DNA of 64,000 nucleotides from Diplonema japonicum (taxonomy: Eukaryota; Protista; Euglenozoa: Diplonemea), in the NCBI GenBank assembly GCA_964019335.1, contig OZ025659.1:124001-188000 (forward strand), given 5' to 3'. The notes under the pieces were generated by a model, which worked only from the letters and a program-made list of their open reading frames with translations, ran no database searches and was not told the DNA's origin. The first letter of the stretch is position 1, and each line of letters opens with the position of its first letter. Shown piece by piece: positions 35,553 to 47,602 of this stretch. The position numbers and the translations under genes were made by a program.

Positions 35553-38446
35553 TTAACCCGGTGAACTCAGAATAGGGTGAGGGGCAGGTGAAGGATGGTT
35601 TGGTGCGGTATCATAACGACTAAACCCCGAGCTTCTTGGCACGCTATGGGTTGTGGTGTGTGTGTCTACCCTACGGTAGCCAAACTCACTATGCCTGCTG
35701 CTAGTCGCATCACCAGGGGAGGTGTTGTGACCCCGAGTTGGGGACGTATGTCTCTTGTACCTTTTTTTTTTTTTTTTTTTTTTTTCCCCTTGAAATACCT
35801 GCATCCACTGTTGACCCAGGATCTGTTCGCATCAACCTGTGCCAAGCTCTCTTCATTGATTTCTGAGTCGGCCCAACCAGGTGCCCCGACGGTTGTTTGA
35901 CCATTTTTGGGGAAGAATTTTTCGGAGGCAAATTTTTTGAGCTCCTCATGCTCCTCTGTCATCTGTTCCCTTTCTTCCCTGAGCTCGTAGTTTTTAGACG
36001 TCATCACTGTGATGTCAGTTTGCAGCTCTGCCGTGGCGCTGTCGCAGTAAAGAAGCTCTTGCCTAAGGGAGATGTTCTGCCTCTTAAAATCCTCGATCTC
36101 CTGCGCTGTTTCTGCGAGCAGCACCTTCTCGTCTTGGAGACGCCGTGTGGAGTACGCGTTTTCATCTTCGATGTCGCCTTTCAACTGTTTCAACACTTCA
36201 CGGGTTTCTCTGACATCGGTGTACTTGGCTCTTCTGTCTTTTTTGACAGAACGCTGCTCGGCAACACGCTTTTGAATGGATTGTATGCGAAGACCGGTTT
36301 TGATATCCTTTTCCCTTTGTTTCTCGCGGGTTTGGAAGGAGAGTTTTTTCGCTGCTCTTTCAAGGACGCCAACTTCGGACTTCAGTACTTCGAGCTCCTC
36401 TTCCAGGATTGTGCATTGTTGCTTTGTATCGTGTTCCTCTGAAGCCCGTCTTTTCTCCGTGGAATTCACATCGCGTTCTGTTCTTGCCATGTGCTGCCCG
36501 AGTCGGATGTTCAAGAGTTCGAGGTCGCGGGTTTCTTGAGCGGTTAATTCTATTTCGATCGACATTTTGCTGGACATGCTAGAAACTGTCTTGAGACTTT
36601 GCAAGGTTTGATCCTTCGTCAACGCGGACTTTCTGATGGAAAAAGCTTGCCTGAACGCGTCGCGGAAAAATCCCCTTCCTTTGTACACTCTTTCGTGAGA
36701 CTCGAATTTCAACGCTACATCCGCGACTGCTACTTGGGACTTCTGATGCTCCGTGTGTTGTTTCTCTTCTGTTAAGACGCCTGTTGTCTGTTCCACCTCA
36801 ACATGTACCTCTTTTAAGATGGATTTTTTACGGTCCATTTGAGACCTTGCGGCCTTGTGTTCCTCCTCGGCGACCATGTGCTTCTCCTCGAGGTTCTCCG
36901 CTCTCAGGTTTTTGACCTCTGTTTTGACCGATTGAACGATTTCTTCCTTAAGAACGAGAGCGTCCTCCCATTCCTTGATCTTCTCTGTCGCATCGTCGAT
37001 GGATTTCAGGTTTGTTTGATACTCATCTTCAAGATGCAATTGTTGCGATCTCATTTCCTCTATTTCAGCTTCTGACTTCGACACTGTGGGATCGTTTAAT
37101 TTGTTTCGTAGATTCTCCATCTCACGTTGCATTGCGGACAGCATGACGGTGGACTTAGCCTCGTTTACCTTCACTGTGTTCACGATGGCTTTGGCCTTTA
37201 AAGCGTAGCGAAGGGTGTTGAGAGTGTCTTCTTTGTTAGACTCCGCAGGGGAGACAGTCGCGATCATCATGGTCTTGGAGTTCCCTCCCAACGACTCCGA
37301 AAGGATCCACGTCAAGGTGGAGTCTCGGTAAGGGGCGATTTGTTTAGGCTGGTTTTTCTTGCGTTGGGAATTCTCAATGAGGATGTCGATGACACGACGG
37401 AGCGTGGAAAGGGAAAGGTTGATCTTGGTTGCCTCTGTAAGAGTCTGACCCTCGGCTTTACTCATTTTGATACGCTCGGATCCTGCGAGATCGACAAGGT
37501 TGATGTGTGCGTAACGCTGTGTTCCCAAGACAGGGTTTTTGGCGGTTAAACAAATTTGGAAAATCGCGTGGGAGCGGGACGAGGTATCGTTCATGGCCGT
37601 TGCGGCTGTGCTTCTGTACTCCATCCCGCTTCTCATGACTGATTTTACGTCGTCAGCAGTTGACAGACCTTTATCCTTGCCCAGCCTTGTGAGGCCTTCG
37701 ACGTAGATTCCGGTAGCAGGAGATGACCTTACTCTGAGCTCTTTGAACTCTTGGTCGTCTTCGCCGTGTACACTGTTCCTTCCCATGTTGAACCCAACGG
37801 AGCTTTTGCGCTTTGATGGGGTGGAGCTGCCTGCTTTGACGGATGTTTTTCTCTTTCCAATGGCAGCTTTCGAGCCTTTTCTGGTCATCTTTGATACGGC
37901 TGGGACGGCTATCTTATCTGTTAAAAGATCCTTCACCTTTTCGTTGTAGATTTCCATGAACGAGACGTCGATATTGTACTCCCACTGCCGTTTTTTCGAT
38001 CTCACTTGTTCTACAGAATCGAAAAGGTAGTCGACCAACCGGGGTGCGACACCAGGATCAGACAGAGATCCGAGCATGGTGTGGGTTTTTCCAGACCCTG
38101 TTTGCCCGTATGCGAATATGCAGGTGTGGTACCCCTTCAAAGCGGCCTCGACAGCGATGGTTCCTGTCTTGTTGAATACTGTTTCTTGTGTGGCGAACGG
38201 TGCCGAGCTGTATTGTTTCTGTTCCTCCGGGATCGACCAGAATGTTTCGTGGAACTCGAACTGATCCTGCAACGCTCCTTGTTGATCGAGAACGTCTACC
38301 TTGCCCCCTTCGTTCATGGACACGACGCTGACTGGGTACTCGTGTGGGTTGTCCCCCAACTCCCTCCGTGCAAACGGACGCACTCTGACCATCACTCTCA
38401 CCGCTGCCTTCTCTGCCTTGTCAGGCTTGCCATCATCGGCCCCCAT
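35553..38446 (-). CDS. Full-length kinesin-3/Unc104-like motor with long coiled coil; intron 35761-35798
   Basis: VRVRPF, GQTGSGKT, NDTSSRSH, DLAGSER, PYRDS.LTWILSESLGGNSKT. Last exon RYKRHTSP...SSPG*. Confidence 0.92.
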
Positions 38447-38577
38447 ATTTTTTTTCCCCCTTTTCAAATCCCCCACCTTTTTTTCTTCTTTTTTTCTTCC
38501 ACCACAAAAACAAAAAAATGAGAACTTGGGGAGTTGATCTTTTTTTATTTTTTTCCCCTTCCCCCGTCACGGCAGCG

Positions 38578-39519
38578 TCACCTCGCTGGTGGTCTCGCGA
38601 TCGATTTGGTTTTCAAAGCATAGTGGAGAGTGTTTAGAGTGTCCCCTTTGTTAGACTCCGCAGGGGAGACAGTCGCGATCATCATGGTCTTGGAGTTCCC
38701 TCCCAACGACTCCGAAAGGATCCACGTCAAGGTGGAGTCCGTGTAGCCTGTCTTGACGCGTACCGAGCCTGCAAGATCAACCAGGTTGATGCGAGAGTGC
38801 CTTTGTTTCTTCAAGACAGGGTTTGTCGCAGTTAAATCAATTTGTAAAATCATGTGCGAGCGGGATGAGGCAGGCCCCATCCTTGCGTCACGCATGCTCC
38901 TGCTTTCCAGCCCACGTGACATCGCATCCTTCACGTCACCCGCCGACATCAGAGCAAGCTTTGTCACGCCTTCAACCTGTACCCCTTTCCCGGGTGTGCT
39001 TTTCACACGGTTAACGCGTGGGTTTTCTTTGAAAAGATCCCTCACCTTTTCGTTATAGATTTCCATGAACGAGACCTCGACACTGTACTCCCACTGCCCC
39101 TGCTCTGCCTTTGCAATGGACTCGAATAAACTATCAAGAACCATTGGGACGATCCCAGGGTTGTATTTCGAGCCGAACATGGTGTGCGTCTTCCCAGAAC
39201 CCGTTTGCCCGTAAGCAAATATACACGTGTTGTACCCCTTCAAAGCCTCCTCGACAGCAACGGCTCCTGTCTTGTTGAAGACATCTTCTTGTGAAGCAAA
39301 TGGTGCTGAGGTGTACTGCCTCTGTTCCTCCGGGATCGACCAGAAGGTTTCGTGGAACCTAAACTGTCTCTTCACCTCTCTGTCTTGATCAAGAATATCC
39401 ATCTTGCCTCCCCCGTTCATTGACACAATGCTCGCAGCGTACTCATCGGGGCTGTCGGCAAGTTCTCTTGATGAGAAGGGGCGCACCCTGACCATCACAC
39501 GCACTTTATCAGCTTCCAT
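38578..39519 (-). CDS. Motor-only kinesin paralogue with in-frame deletion of L11/alpha4/L12 and DLAGSE changed to DLAGSV (probably inactive)
   Basis: DLAGSVRVKTGY is joined directly to TDSTLTWIL; no stalk. Confidence 0.8.
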   Translation of the reverse strand: MEADKVRVMVRVRPFSSRELADSPDEYAASIVSMNGGGKMDILDQDREVKRQFRFHETFWSIPEEQRQYTSAPFASQEDVFNKTGAVAVEEALKGYNTCIFAYGQTGSGKTHTMFGSKYNPGIVPMVLDSLFESIAKAEQGQWEYSVEVSFMEIYNEKVRDLFKENPRVNRVKSTPGKGVQVEGVTKLALMSAGDVKDAMSRGLESRSMRDARMGPASSRSHMILQIDLTATNPVLKKQRHSRINLVDLAGSVRVKTGYTDSTLTWILSESLGGNSKTMMIATVSPAESNKGDTLNTLHYALKTKSIARPPAR

Positions 39520-39785
39520 ACCCCACTCTTCTCCTTAAGAAAAGAATATGTAGAACAACATCTGAAATGTTATCTTTTTTCTTTTCTCCCCCCCCCCCCA
39601 GAAAACACATCATTAAAAAAAGCGCAGGTTTTTTTTCCTATCGCCCTTGTGGTTCCCTCTTGTAAAATCACCACTGTATTTTGCCCGAGTATCGGCACGG
39701 GGATGTTTTTTTTTTTTTTTTTTTTTTTTTTTGATGGCCTAGAACGGGGAGGTAAGCCAACACGTTTCTCGCAGACCCTCTTACG

Positions 39786-39865
39786 TCTTCAAGACAGGGT
39801 TTGTCGCAGCAAGTTTTATCATGAAAAGGGCGGCACGCTGACCATCACATGGATGTATCAACTCC
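39786..39865 (-). pseudogene. Collapsed kinesin relic: N-terminal VMVRV segment fused directly to the ATNPVLK segment
   Basis: TCTTCAAGACAGGGTTTGTCGCAG is identical to the paralogues and abuts a diverged copy of the gene start. Flank 39658-39680 resembles 40057-40080. Confidence 0.7.
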
Positions 39866-40107
39866 TACTCTTCTTTGCTCAAGAATTCTTCTTGTAAAAG
39901 AAGACCAAGACGCTGAAGCTGTTGGTTCCCTTTCTTTTTTTCTCTATTTTTTTTCTCATAATAGTACCCCTGGGAAAATGGAGGTGTTTTTTTTTTTTTT
40001 TTTTTTTTTTTAATTTTGTGTTTTCCTCATTTTGTTTTCTTCCCTCATGTTTGCCTTCTTGTATAAATCACTACTGTTTTTTTTCTTCTCTTTTTTTTTT
40101 TTCTTCC

Positions 40108-41172
40108 TCACTTCATAGGCCCTACGACTTTGGAGAGGAAGCGAAGCGAACTGTAAGTTTCGTCTCTGTGACGTTCCGCAGGGGAGACAGTCGCGATCAT
40201 CATGGTCTTGGAGTTCCCTCCCAACGACTCCGAAAGGATCCACGTCAAGGTGGAGTCTCGGTAAGCGACGTATTTTTTCTTATTGGGGGAACATTTCTCA
40301 GCCAAGGTGCAAAGAACACGCCCGAGAGCGTTTAGGGATACAGCGGTACTCATAAACCCTCTATAATCAATAATGCTTGGACAGTGGCTCCTTACGCGCT
40401 CCGAGCCTGCAAGATCAACCAGGTTGATGCGAGAGTGCCTTTGTTTCTTCAAGACAGGGTTTGTCGCAGTTAAATCAATTTGTAAAATCAAGGACGACCG
40501 GGATGAGGTACAGGCTAACCTTGAGTACCGTATGCATCTGTTTTCCAGCCCACGTGACAGCACAACCTCCACGTCACCCGCCGACATCAGAGTAAGCTTT
40601 GTCAGGCCTTCTAGCTGTGCCCCTTTCCCGGGCGATCGTTTCACAACACTGCAGTCTTCTTTGAAAAGATCCCTCGCTTCATTGTTATAGATTTCCATGA
40701 ACGAGACCTCGACACTGTACTCCCACTGCCCCTGCTCTGCCTTTGCAATGGACTCGAATAAACTATCAAGAACCATTGGGACTATCCCAGGGTTGTATTT
40801 CGAGCCGAACATGGTGTGCGTCTTCCCAGAACCCGTTTGCCCGTAAGCAAATATACACGTGTTGTACCCCTTCAAAGCCTCCTCGACAGCAACGGCTCCT
40901 GTCTTGTTGAAGACATCTTCTTGTGAAGCAAATGGTGCTGAGGTGTACTGCCTCTGTTCCTCCGGGATCGACCAGAAGGTTTCGTGGAAACTAAACTGTC
41001 TCTCCACCTCTCTGTCTTGATCAAGAATATCTACCCTGCCTCCCCCGTTCATTGACACAATGCTCGCAGCGTACTCATCGGGGCTGTCGGCAAGTTCTCT
41101 TGATGAGAAGGGGCGCACTCTGACCATCACACGCACTTTATCAACTTCCATACCCCCCCCCGTGTCCCCCAT
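40108..41172 (-). CDS. Motor-only kinesin paralogue, open frame, switch I altered (CTSSRSS)
   Basis: P-loop and DLAGSER intact; ends just after the motor domain. Confidence 0.8.
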   Translation of the reverse strand: MGDTGGGMEVDKVRVMVRVRPFSSRELADSPDEYAASIVSMNGGGRVDILDQDREVERQFSFHETFWSIPEEQRQYTSAPFASQEDVFNKTGAVAVEEALKGYNTCIFAYGQTGSGKTHTMFGSKYNPGIVPMVLDSLFESIAKAEQGQWEYSVEVSFMEIYNNEARDLFKEDCSVVKRSPGKGAQLEGLTKLTLMSAGDVEVVLSRGLENRCIRYSRLACTSSRSSLILQIDLTATNPVLKKQRHSRINLVDLAGSERVRSHCPSIIDYRGFMSTAVSLNALGRVLCTLAEKCSPNKKKYVAYRDSTLTWILSESLGGNSKTMMIATVSPAERHRDETYSSLRFLSKVVGPMK

Positions 41173-41272
41173 CTTGGAAGAAGAAAGAACAAGAGGTGAA
41201 CTCTTTAAATCCTCCGGTGTGCGTTTCAAAAAAAAATAAAATAAAAAAAAGGAAAAGTAACTGTGGTGTCGC

Positions 41273-42314
41273 TCATGGCAGCGTCACCTCGTTCACTTTT
41301 GGTGTGTTCACGATCGCTTTGAACTTGGAGAGGAAGCGAAGTGTATTGCAGGTGTCGTCTCTGTTAGACTCCGCAGGGGAGACAGTCGCGATCATCATGG
41401 TCTTGGAGTTCCCTCCCAACGACTCCGAAAGGATCCACGTCAACAAGGAGTCGCGGTAAGGGGGCATTTTTTTAGATGAACCTTCATCAATTAAGGTATC
41501 AACAACATTGCGTAGAATGGTAATCGGGGGAGGTAGCTTATGACCGGCAGTACAAACGGTGTGCTCTGAGCCTGCTCAACCAGGTTGATGCGAGAGTGCC
41601 TTTGTTTCTTCAAGACAGGGTTTGTCGCAGTTAAATCAATTTGTAAAATCAGGGACGACCGGGATGGGGTGCCCCCCATCCTTGCATTCCACAAGCTCAT
41701 GTTTAACACCCCACGTGACATCGCAGCCTTCGCGTCACCTGCCGACATCAGAGTAAGCTTTGTCACGCCTTCAACCTGTACCCCTTTCCCGGGTGAGAAT
41801 CTCACACTATGAAATCCTTCTAGATTTACTTTGAAGAGATCCTTTATCTTTTTGTTTTGGATCTCTATGAACGAGACCCCAACACTGTACTCCCACTGCT
41901 CTGCCTTTGCAATGGACTCGAATAAACTATCAAGAACCATTGGGACTATCCCAGGGTTGTATTTCGAGCCGAACATGGTGTGCGTCTTCCCAGAACCCGT
42001 TTGCCCGTAAGCAAATATACACGTGTTGTACCCCTTCAAAGCCTCCTCGACAGCAACGGCTCCTGTCTTGTTGAAGACATCTTCTTGTGAAGCAAATGGT
42101 GCTGAGGTGTACTGCCTCTGTTCCTCCGGGATCGACCAGAAGGTTTCGTGGAACTAAACTGTCTCTTCACCTCTCTGTCTTGATCAAGAATATCTACCCT
42201 GCCTCCCCCGTTCATTGACACAATGCTCGCAGCGTACTCATCGGGGCTGTCGGCAAGTTCTCTTGATGAGAAGGGGCGCTCCCTGACCATCACACGCACT
42301 TTATCAGCTTCCAT
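41273..42314 (-). pseudogene. Motor-only kinesin pseudogene with two frameshifts
   Basis: 1-nt deletion near 42153 and a 4-nt deletion in the DLAGSE codons near 41577; RVRP changed to RERP. Confidence 0.85.
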
Positions 42315-42463
42315 GTCCTCTCCCGTGTCCCTCTTGGTAGATGAAAAAGAAGTGAACTCTTTAAACACGGTTCTTTTCCTCCCGTGTGCTAGAAAACACG
42401 AACAGAATAGTATTCTTTTAAGGTATAGCGTCCCCGAAAAAAAGGAGGGAGGGGTAAACCTCA

Positions 42464-43538
42464 CTACAGCGTCACCTCGTTCACTTTTGGTGTGTTCACG
42501 ATCGCTTTGAACTTGGAGAGGAAGCGAAGTGTATTGCAGGTGTCTTCTCTGTTAGACTCCGCAGGGGAGACAGTCGCGATCATCATGGTCTTGGAGTTCC
42601 CTCCCAACGACTCCGAAAGGATCCACGTCAACATAGATTCTCGGTGCTATTTTTTTGGAAGAAACATCGGTTAAGGTATCAACAACACGGCGTAGAGTGG
42701 TAAGGGAGAGATTCATACTCACGGCATGGTGCAGTGTCACTCCGCTGCAGCTCATTTTGATGCGCTCGGAGCCTGCAAGACCAACCAGGTTGATGCGAGA
42801 GTGCCTTTGTTTCTTCAAGACAGGGTTTGTCGCAGTTAAATCAATTTGTAAAATCATGTGCGAGCGGGATGAGGTGGACCCCATCCTTGCGTCACGCATG
42901 CTCCTGCTTTCCACCCCACGTGACATCGCATCCTTCACGTCACCCGCCGACATCAGAGCAAGCTTTGTCAGGCCTTCAACCTGTACCCCTTTCCCGGGTG
43001 AATTCTTCACACGGTAAACGGGTTTGCTTTTCACACGATGATTTTCTTCAAAAAGATCCTTTACTGTTTCGTTGTAAATTTCCATGAACGAGACCTCGAC
43101 ACTGTACTCCCACTGCCCCTGCTCTGCCTTTGCAATGGACTCGAATAAACTATCAAGAACCATTGGGACGATCCCAGGGTTGTATTTCGAGCCGAACATG
43201 GTGTGCGTCTTCCCAGAACCCGTTTGCCCGTAAGCAAATATACACGTGTTGTACCCCTTCAAAGCCTCCTCGACAGCAACGGCTCCTGTCTTGTTGAAGA
43301 CATCTTCTTGTGAAGCAAATGGTGCTGAGGTGTACTGCCTCTGTTCCTCCGGGATCGACCAGAAGGTTTCGTGGAAACTAAACTGTCTCTCCACCTCTCT
43401 GTCTTGATCAAGCAGATCCACCTTGCCTTCCCCGTTCATTGACATAATGCTTGCAGCGTACTCATCGGGGCTCAAGGCGATATCTCTACGCGAAAAGGGG
43501 CGCACCCTGACCATCACACGCACTTTATCAACTTCCAT
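42464..43538 (-). pseudogene. Motor-only kinesin copy with a frameshift at PYRDS and DLAGSE changed to GLAGSE
   Basis: About 5 nt missing near 42645 relative to paralogues; the homologous frame resumes ESMLTWILSESLGGNSKT...NEVTL*. Confidence 0.8.
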
Positions 43539-43756
43539 CCCCCCTCCCCCCCCCCCCCCCTCTCCTATTTGCTTTTTATCTCAGAAAAGAGGGGGATGTA
43601 AAGAACGTTAGAATTTGGAAGGGGGGGGGGGGTGTCCTATTAGACCCATGCAAGCTACAAGGTGTGAAGCTCCGGGAGAAAAGAAGAATGACTTTGGTTG
43701 CTTCATAAACCGTACGAGCAACTTCTTGAAGAAAAGAAAGAAAAAAAAAAAAAAAA

Positions 43757-43800
43757 GAGACATTTTAAGGGTACCTGCGGTATGTGGCAGGACGCCTAAA
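43757..43800. repeat. Dispersed ~45-bp hairpin element, family B, copy 1 (copy 2 at 49138-49182)
   Basis: AAGGGTACCTGCGGTATGTGGCAGGACGCCTAAA vs AAGGGAACCTGCAGTATGTGACAGGATCGCCTAAA. Confidence 0.65.
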
Positions 43801-43855
43801 GAAGAAAAAGAAAGTCAGAGAGAAAAGAATGAATTAAAAAAAAACCCCCCCATTC

Positions 43856-44902
43856 CTACTGGTCCCAGGAGTACGTGACTCCGATCTGTTTTCTAATCTC
43901 TTGGCTGACCTTTGCCACGATGAGGGTCTCGTCCAAAGGTGCCTCGGCACACTCTTTCAAACCTTTTTCCAGCGCGCTCTGAACGGCAAGCACCTCGTGA
44001 ACAAACCCTTGCGACCCGATAAAATTATAACCCGGAGCAAGACCGCAGTGCGGCGGGTCAAGCGGGCGGGTGGTTGTGGTTTTGACGGCACCAAGAAGCA
44101 GGGGGTCGTTGCTGCCTTGAGGAACCAGCTTAGTTGTGAGAGTATCAGGGCAATGAGACGGTGTGGGCACATGAATGATTCCATTTTTCCCAGTTACATG
44201 AGTATCGTTGGTGAGAGTACAAGTGGTGGCGGCTTGAATCTGAGCCACTGCACCACAACTAAATGTCAATGTTGCAGCAACAAAATCATCCACGCCTGTG
44301 GAAGCGAGTGTGCCAGTGGCTTGAACTTTAACAGGTTCACCTAGAAGCATGACGACCCAATTGAGCGGGTATACTCCAACGTCTAGTAAGGCACCGCCTG
44401 CTAATTCTTTTTCGAAGATTCTCCCGGTTTGGGGGCCGTTTCCTGCGTTAAACCCAAAACTGCTCCACACCGAGACGAGTTTGCCGAGGTCGTTCTCCGC
44501 CACTTTTTTAGCTTCTCTAACCGTCGGGAAGAATCGTGTCCAGACACCTTCCATGAGAAAAACGTTTTTTTCCCTCGCTTTCGCGACGCACTTCTCGGTT
44601 TGCCACATTGTAGGGCACAGTGGCTTCTCACAGAGAACGTTCTTGCTGTTCTCCAGTGCTTGCATCACGCACTCGAAGTGGTGGGAGTGCGGGGTGGCGA
44701 TGTAGATTATGTCGATGTTGGAGTCCGCGTAGATTTGCTCGTACGAGTTGTAGTGTCGTTTGAAGCCGTGTTGCTTTGCAAACCTTTCAGCGTTTTCCTC
44801 AGAGCGCGACGCAACTGCTTCCAAGACACCACCTGCTTTTGCAATCGCCAGCGCAAAATCATTCGCTATTTTCCCGGTTGAAATTATCCCCCAGCGCGTC
44901 AT
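43856..44902 (-). CDS. Gfo/Idh/MocA oxidoreductase (dihydrodiol / D-xylose dehydrogenase DHDH-like)
   Basis: RWGIISTGKIA, YIATPHSHH, LCEKP, MEGVWTRFFP, GGALLDVGVY. Confidence 0.9.
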   Translation of the reverse strand: MTRWGIISTGKIANDFALAIAKAGGVLEAVASRSEENAERFAKQHGFKRHYNSYEQIYADSNIDIIYIATPHSHHFECVMQALENSKNVLCEKPLCPTMWQTEKCVAKAREKNVFLMEGVWTRFFPTVREAKKVAENDLGKLVSVWSSFGFNAGNGPQTGRIFEKELAGGALLDVGVYPLNWVVMLLGEPVKVQATGTLASTGVDDFVAATLTFSCGAVAQIQAATTCTLTNDTHVTGKNGIIHVPTPSHCPDTLTTKLVPQGSNDPLLLGAVKTTTTRPLDPPHCGLAPGYNFIGSQGFVHEVLAVQSALEKGLKECAEAPLDETLIVAKVSQEIRKQIGVTYSWDQ

Positions 44903-45084
44903 CGTGTATTGTGTTTCCTCCCTCCTTTTTTTTCCTCTTTTTTTTTCTCTTTTTTCTCCTTTTTTTTAGAGGATTTCTTCTTTTTTTCTTCTGACGGAGG
45001 ATGGAGCAAAATAGTTTTTTTTTTTTTTTTAAAAAAAAGAGGAAACTTTTTTTTTCCCCTCCACCCTTTCGACCCCCGATTGGG

Positions 45085-45124
<40 letters not shown>

Positions 45125-45303
45125 ACGAGGAAGGCGAACGGTTACAGTAAAAAAAAAAAGAAATCTTACATAAAAAACTCTTTATGATGAAGGGAGTTGG
45201 GGGGGGCATGACCAAAAAAAAAAAAAAAAAAAAAAAAGCCGGAAAAAAATAAAATAGAACACACTACTTACCTAACCTAGCTTCAAAAAAATGAACGGGG
45301 TGC

Positions 45304-45761
45304 TTAATCGACGTCCTGGTGCATGTCAGCAGCTGAGAGCTTTCCCTTGGCGGCGTTGGCCGACCTGTCCTTGCGCGCCAGAAGCTTCTTCCTGTCGTTG
45401 TCCATCTTCAGCTTGATGATCTGAACGTTGGAGGGGTGGACAGGGATCTGCACGGAACCACCGTTGGCCTTCTCACGGGTGATCTTGTCAACGTGGATGA
45501 CCCACTTCTTACGGTACACACAGGTGATCTTACCGTCACGGCCCTTCTGCGAACCCCTCACGATCTTGACCTGTTTTTGATTTTTTTTTTCTTCTTCTTT
45601 TGCACCCATACCTCGTCCTCCTTGCGGACGGGGAGGCACCTCACGTTGTGCTTGGCACGGAGGTCCTTGGAGAGCGAAGCGCTCATGATGACCCTCCTCA
45701 CGTGGCTGGGGGCGGTGAAGTGCGCCTTGCGCTGCTTACGGCGGCTGATGGTCTTGGTCAT
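45304..45761 (-). CDS. RPL26: 60S ribosomal protein L26 (uL24), copy 1; intron 45571-45611
   Basis: [15 protein letters not shown]...PVRKEDEV|KIVRG...HPSNV after removing a 41-nt GTATGG...CAG intron. Confidence 0.96.
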
Positions 45762-45924
45762 TTTTCTTTTCTTTCAAATTCTGTTTCTTTTTTCCCCCCC
45801 GCCAAAGCACAGTTTTTTTTTTAAACATAGAATACACTGATGAAAACGGGAAAAGGGTGGCAGAAAATAAAAAAAATATAAAAAATTATTTTTTTTTTAT
45901 CTCCTCCAAAGGGGGGCCGTGTGC

Positions 45925-46376
45925 TTAATCGACGTCCTGGTGCATCTTGGCGGGGGTGTTCTTACCCTTGGCAAGGGACCTGTCCTTGCGCGCCAGAAGC
46001 TTCTTCCTGTCGTTGTCCATCTTCAGCTTGATGATCTGAACGTTGGAGGGGTGGACAGGGATCTGCACGGAACCACCGTTGGCCTTCTCACGGGTGATCT
46101 TGTCAACGTGGATGACCCACTTCTTACGGTACACACAGGTGATCTTACCGTCACGGCCCTTCTGCGAACCCCTCACGATCTTGACCTGTTTTTGATTTTT
46201 TTTCTCTTCTTCTTTTGCACCCATACCTCGTCCTCCTTGCGGACGGGGAGGCACCTCACGTTGTGCTTGGCACGGAGTTCCTTGGAGAGCGAAGCGCTCA
46301 TGATGACCCTCCTCACGTGGCTGGGGGCGGTGAAGTGCGCCTTGCGCTGCTTACGGCGGCTGATGGTCTTGGTCAT
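45925..46376 (-). CDS. RPL26: 60S ribosomal protein L26 (uL24), copy 2; intron 46186-46226
   Basis: Near-identical tandem copy with a different C-terminal tail. Confidence 0.96.
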
Positions 46377-46510
46377 TTTTTTTCTTTTTTTTCCTTGTTT
46401 TTCTAAGAAAACTGATTCCTGAAAAGAAAAAAAATATATATTGCAAGAAAAAAATGGTTTTTTTTTAACGACTAACTAATATGGGAAAAAAAAAAAAGAA
46501 AAAAAAAATC

Positions 46511-47602
46511 TCACTGAAGCCTCTTCTTGGCCTTGGCCTTGTTTTTCTTCGGTGCAGGCTTCGCTTTGTTTAGTTCTTTCGCGGTGTTGATAGCGGTGGA
46601 TGTTGCGTCGGCGTCCACATGGCCGTTCTCATGGTGGAAGGCGGGGAGAAGCGACTCGAGCTCAGAAGAGGCACCAAAATGCTGCTTCTCGCGAAGACTC
46701 GCAACAAGAAGGGGAAAACCAATAGAATCACGTCCATTAAACGCACCCGATGGTGTCACACACGTAGAAAGTAACGCCAGAGGGGGAAGCTCTTTGTCAT
46801 CCCCTGACACAGCACAACGCAGAAGCAGCTCACAAGGAACAGGCCCCCAATGCAGCACCGCAGTATATTTTTCAACCCACACATCGATCTCGGCGGAAAA
46901 TCCTTCAACGACTACGAAACCAGGCTGACCCCTGCCGATGTAGCCTCTTATGCCAAGATCCTTGCCCCACAGAAGCCCGTACCCACTTTTAATTTGAGAC
47001 TCAATATGGTGGAAGCGAATCCAAACCCGTTCTTTGATGGTTTTGGGTCGTTTTGGGATGCACTGAGACGCGACAACTTCTGGAAAATCACACAACTCCG
47101 CCCATTTTAAAACATCGACTATATATTGCGGGTACGAGGCAGAGCTGTTGAACTGCTCGTAGATGCTAATTACCTTCAAATGAACTTCGCGAGCGAGAAC
47201 ACGCATGGAGTGCTTGCTTAGCAGACCGGTCATGTTGATCTCTATGTCGCCTTCGCCCTGTTCGACCGGAGGAACAGCAGGGTACCCCCTTGGAAGGTGG
47301 AAAAATATCTCACACGGAAGGGTTTTACCAACACCCTTTACTCTGTTTATTTTCGTCCCGACCGATACGTATAGTTGGACTGGTTCTTCTGGAGGGGGTT
47401 TTTCTTGTGCCTCGCCGACGCGGAGGGCCACGGCCAGCCAGTCTGGCTTCACTGTGACCTGTTTGAAAAGCCTTCGGACTGATTTGATTTCATCTATGAA
47501 AGCGTGCCACGCCCCGACGCTTTCGTCCCCTCGCAAGGTCTTTTTAATTTCCCCTTGGCCGCCTCTGGTGTTCCCTGTAAACCCAACTGTGTCCTCCGGC
47601 AT
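46511..47602 (-). CDS. RWD-domain protein, RWDD2/DUF1115-like
   Basis: LPRGYP (RWD motif); RVWIRFHHI...GQPGFVVVEG. Confidence 0.75.
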   Translation of the reverse strand: MPEDTVGFTGNTRGGQGEIKKTLRGDESVGAWHAFIDEIKSVRRLFKQVTVKPDWLAVALRVGEAQEKPPPEEPVQLYVSVGTKINRVKGVGKTLPCEIFFHLPRGYPAVPPVEQGEGDIEINMTGLLSKHSMRVLAREVHLKVISIYEQFNSSASYPQYIVDVLKWAELCDFPEVVASQCIPKRPKTIKERVWIRFHHIESQIKSGYGLLWGKDLGIRGYIGRGQPGFVVVEGFSAEIDVWVEKYTAVLHWGPVPCELLLRCAVSGDDKELPPLALLSTCVTPSGAFNGRDSIGFPLLVASLREKQHFGASSELESLLPAFHHENGHVDADATSTAINTAKELNKAKPAPKKNKAKAKKRLQ

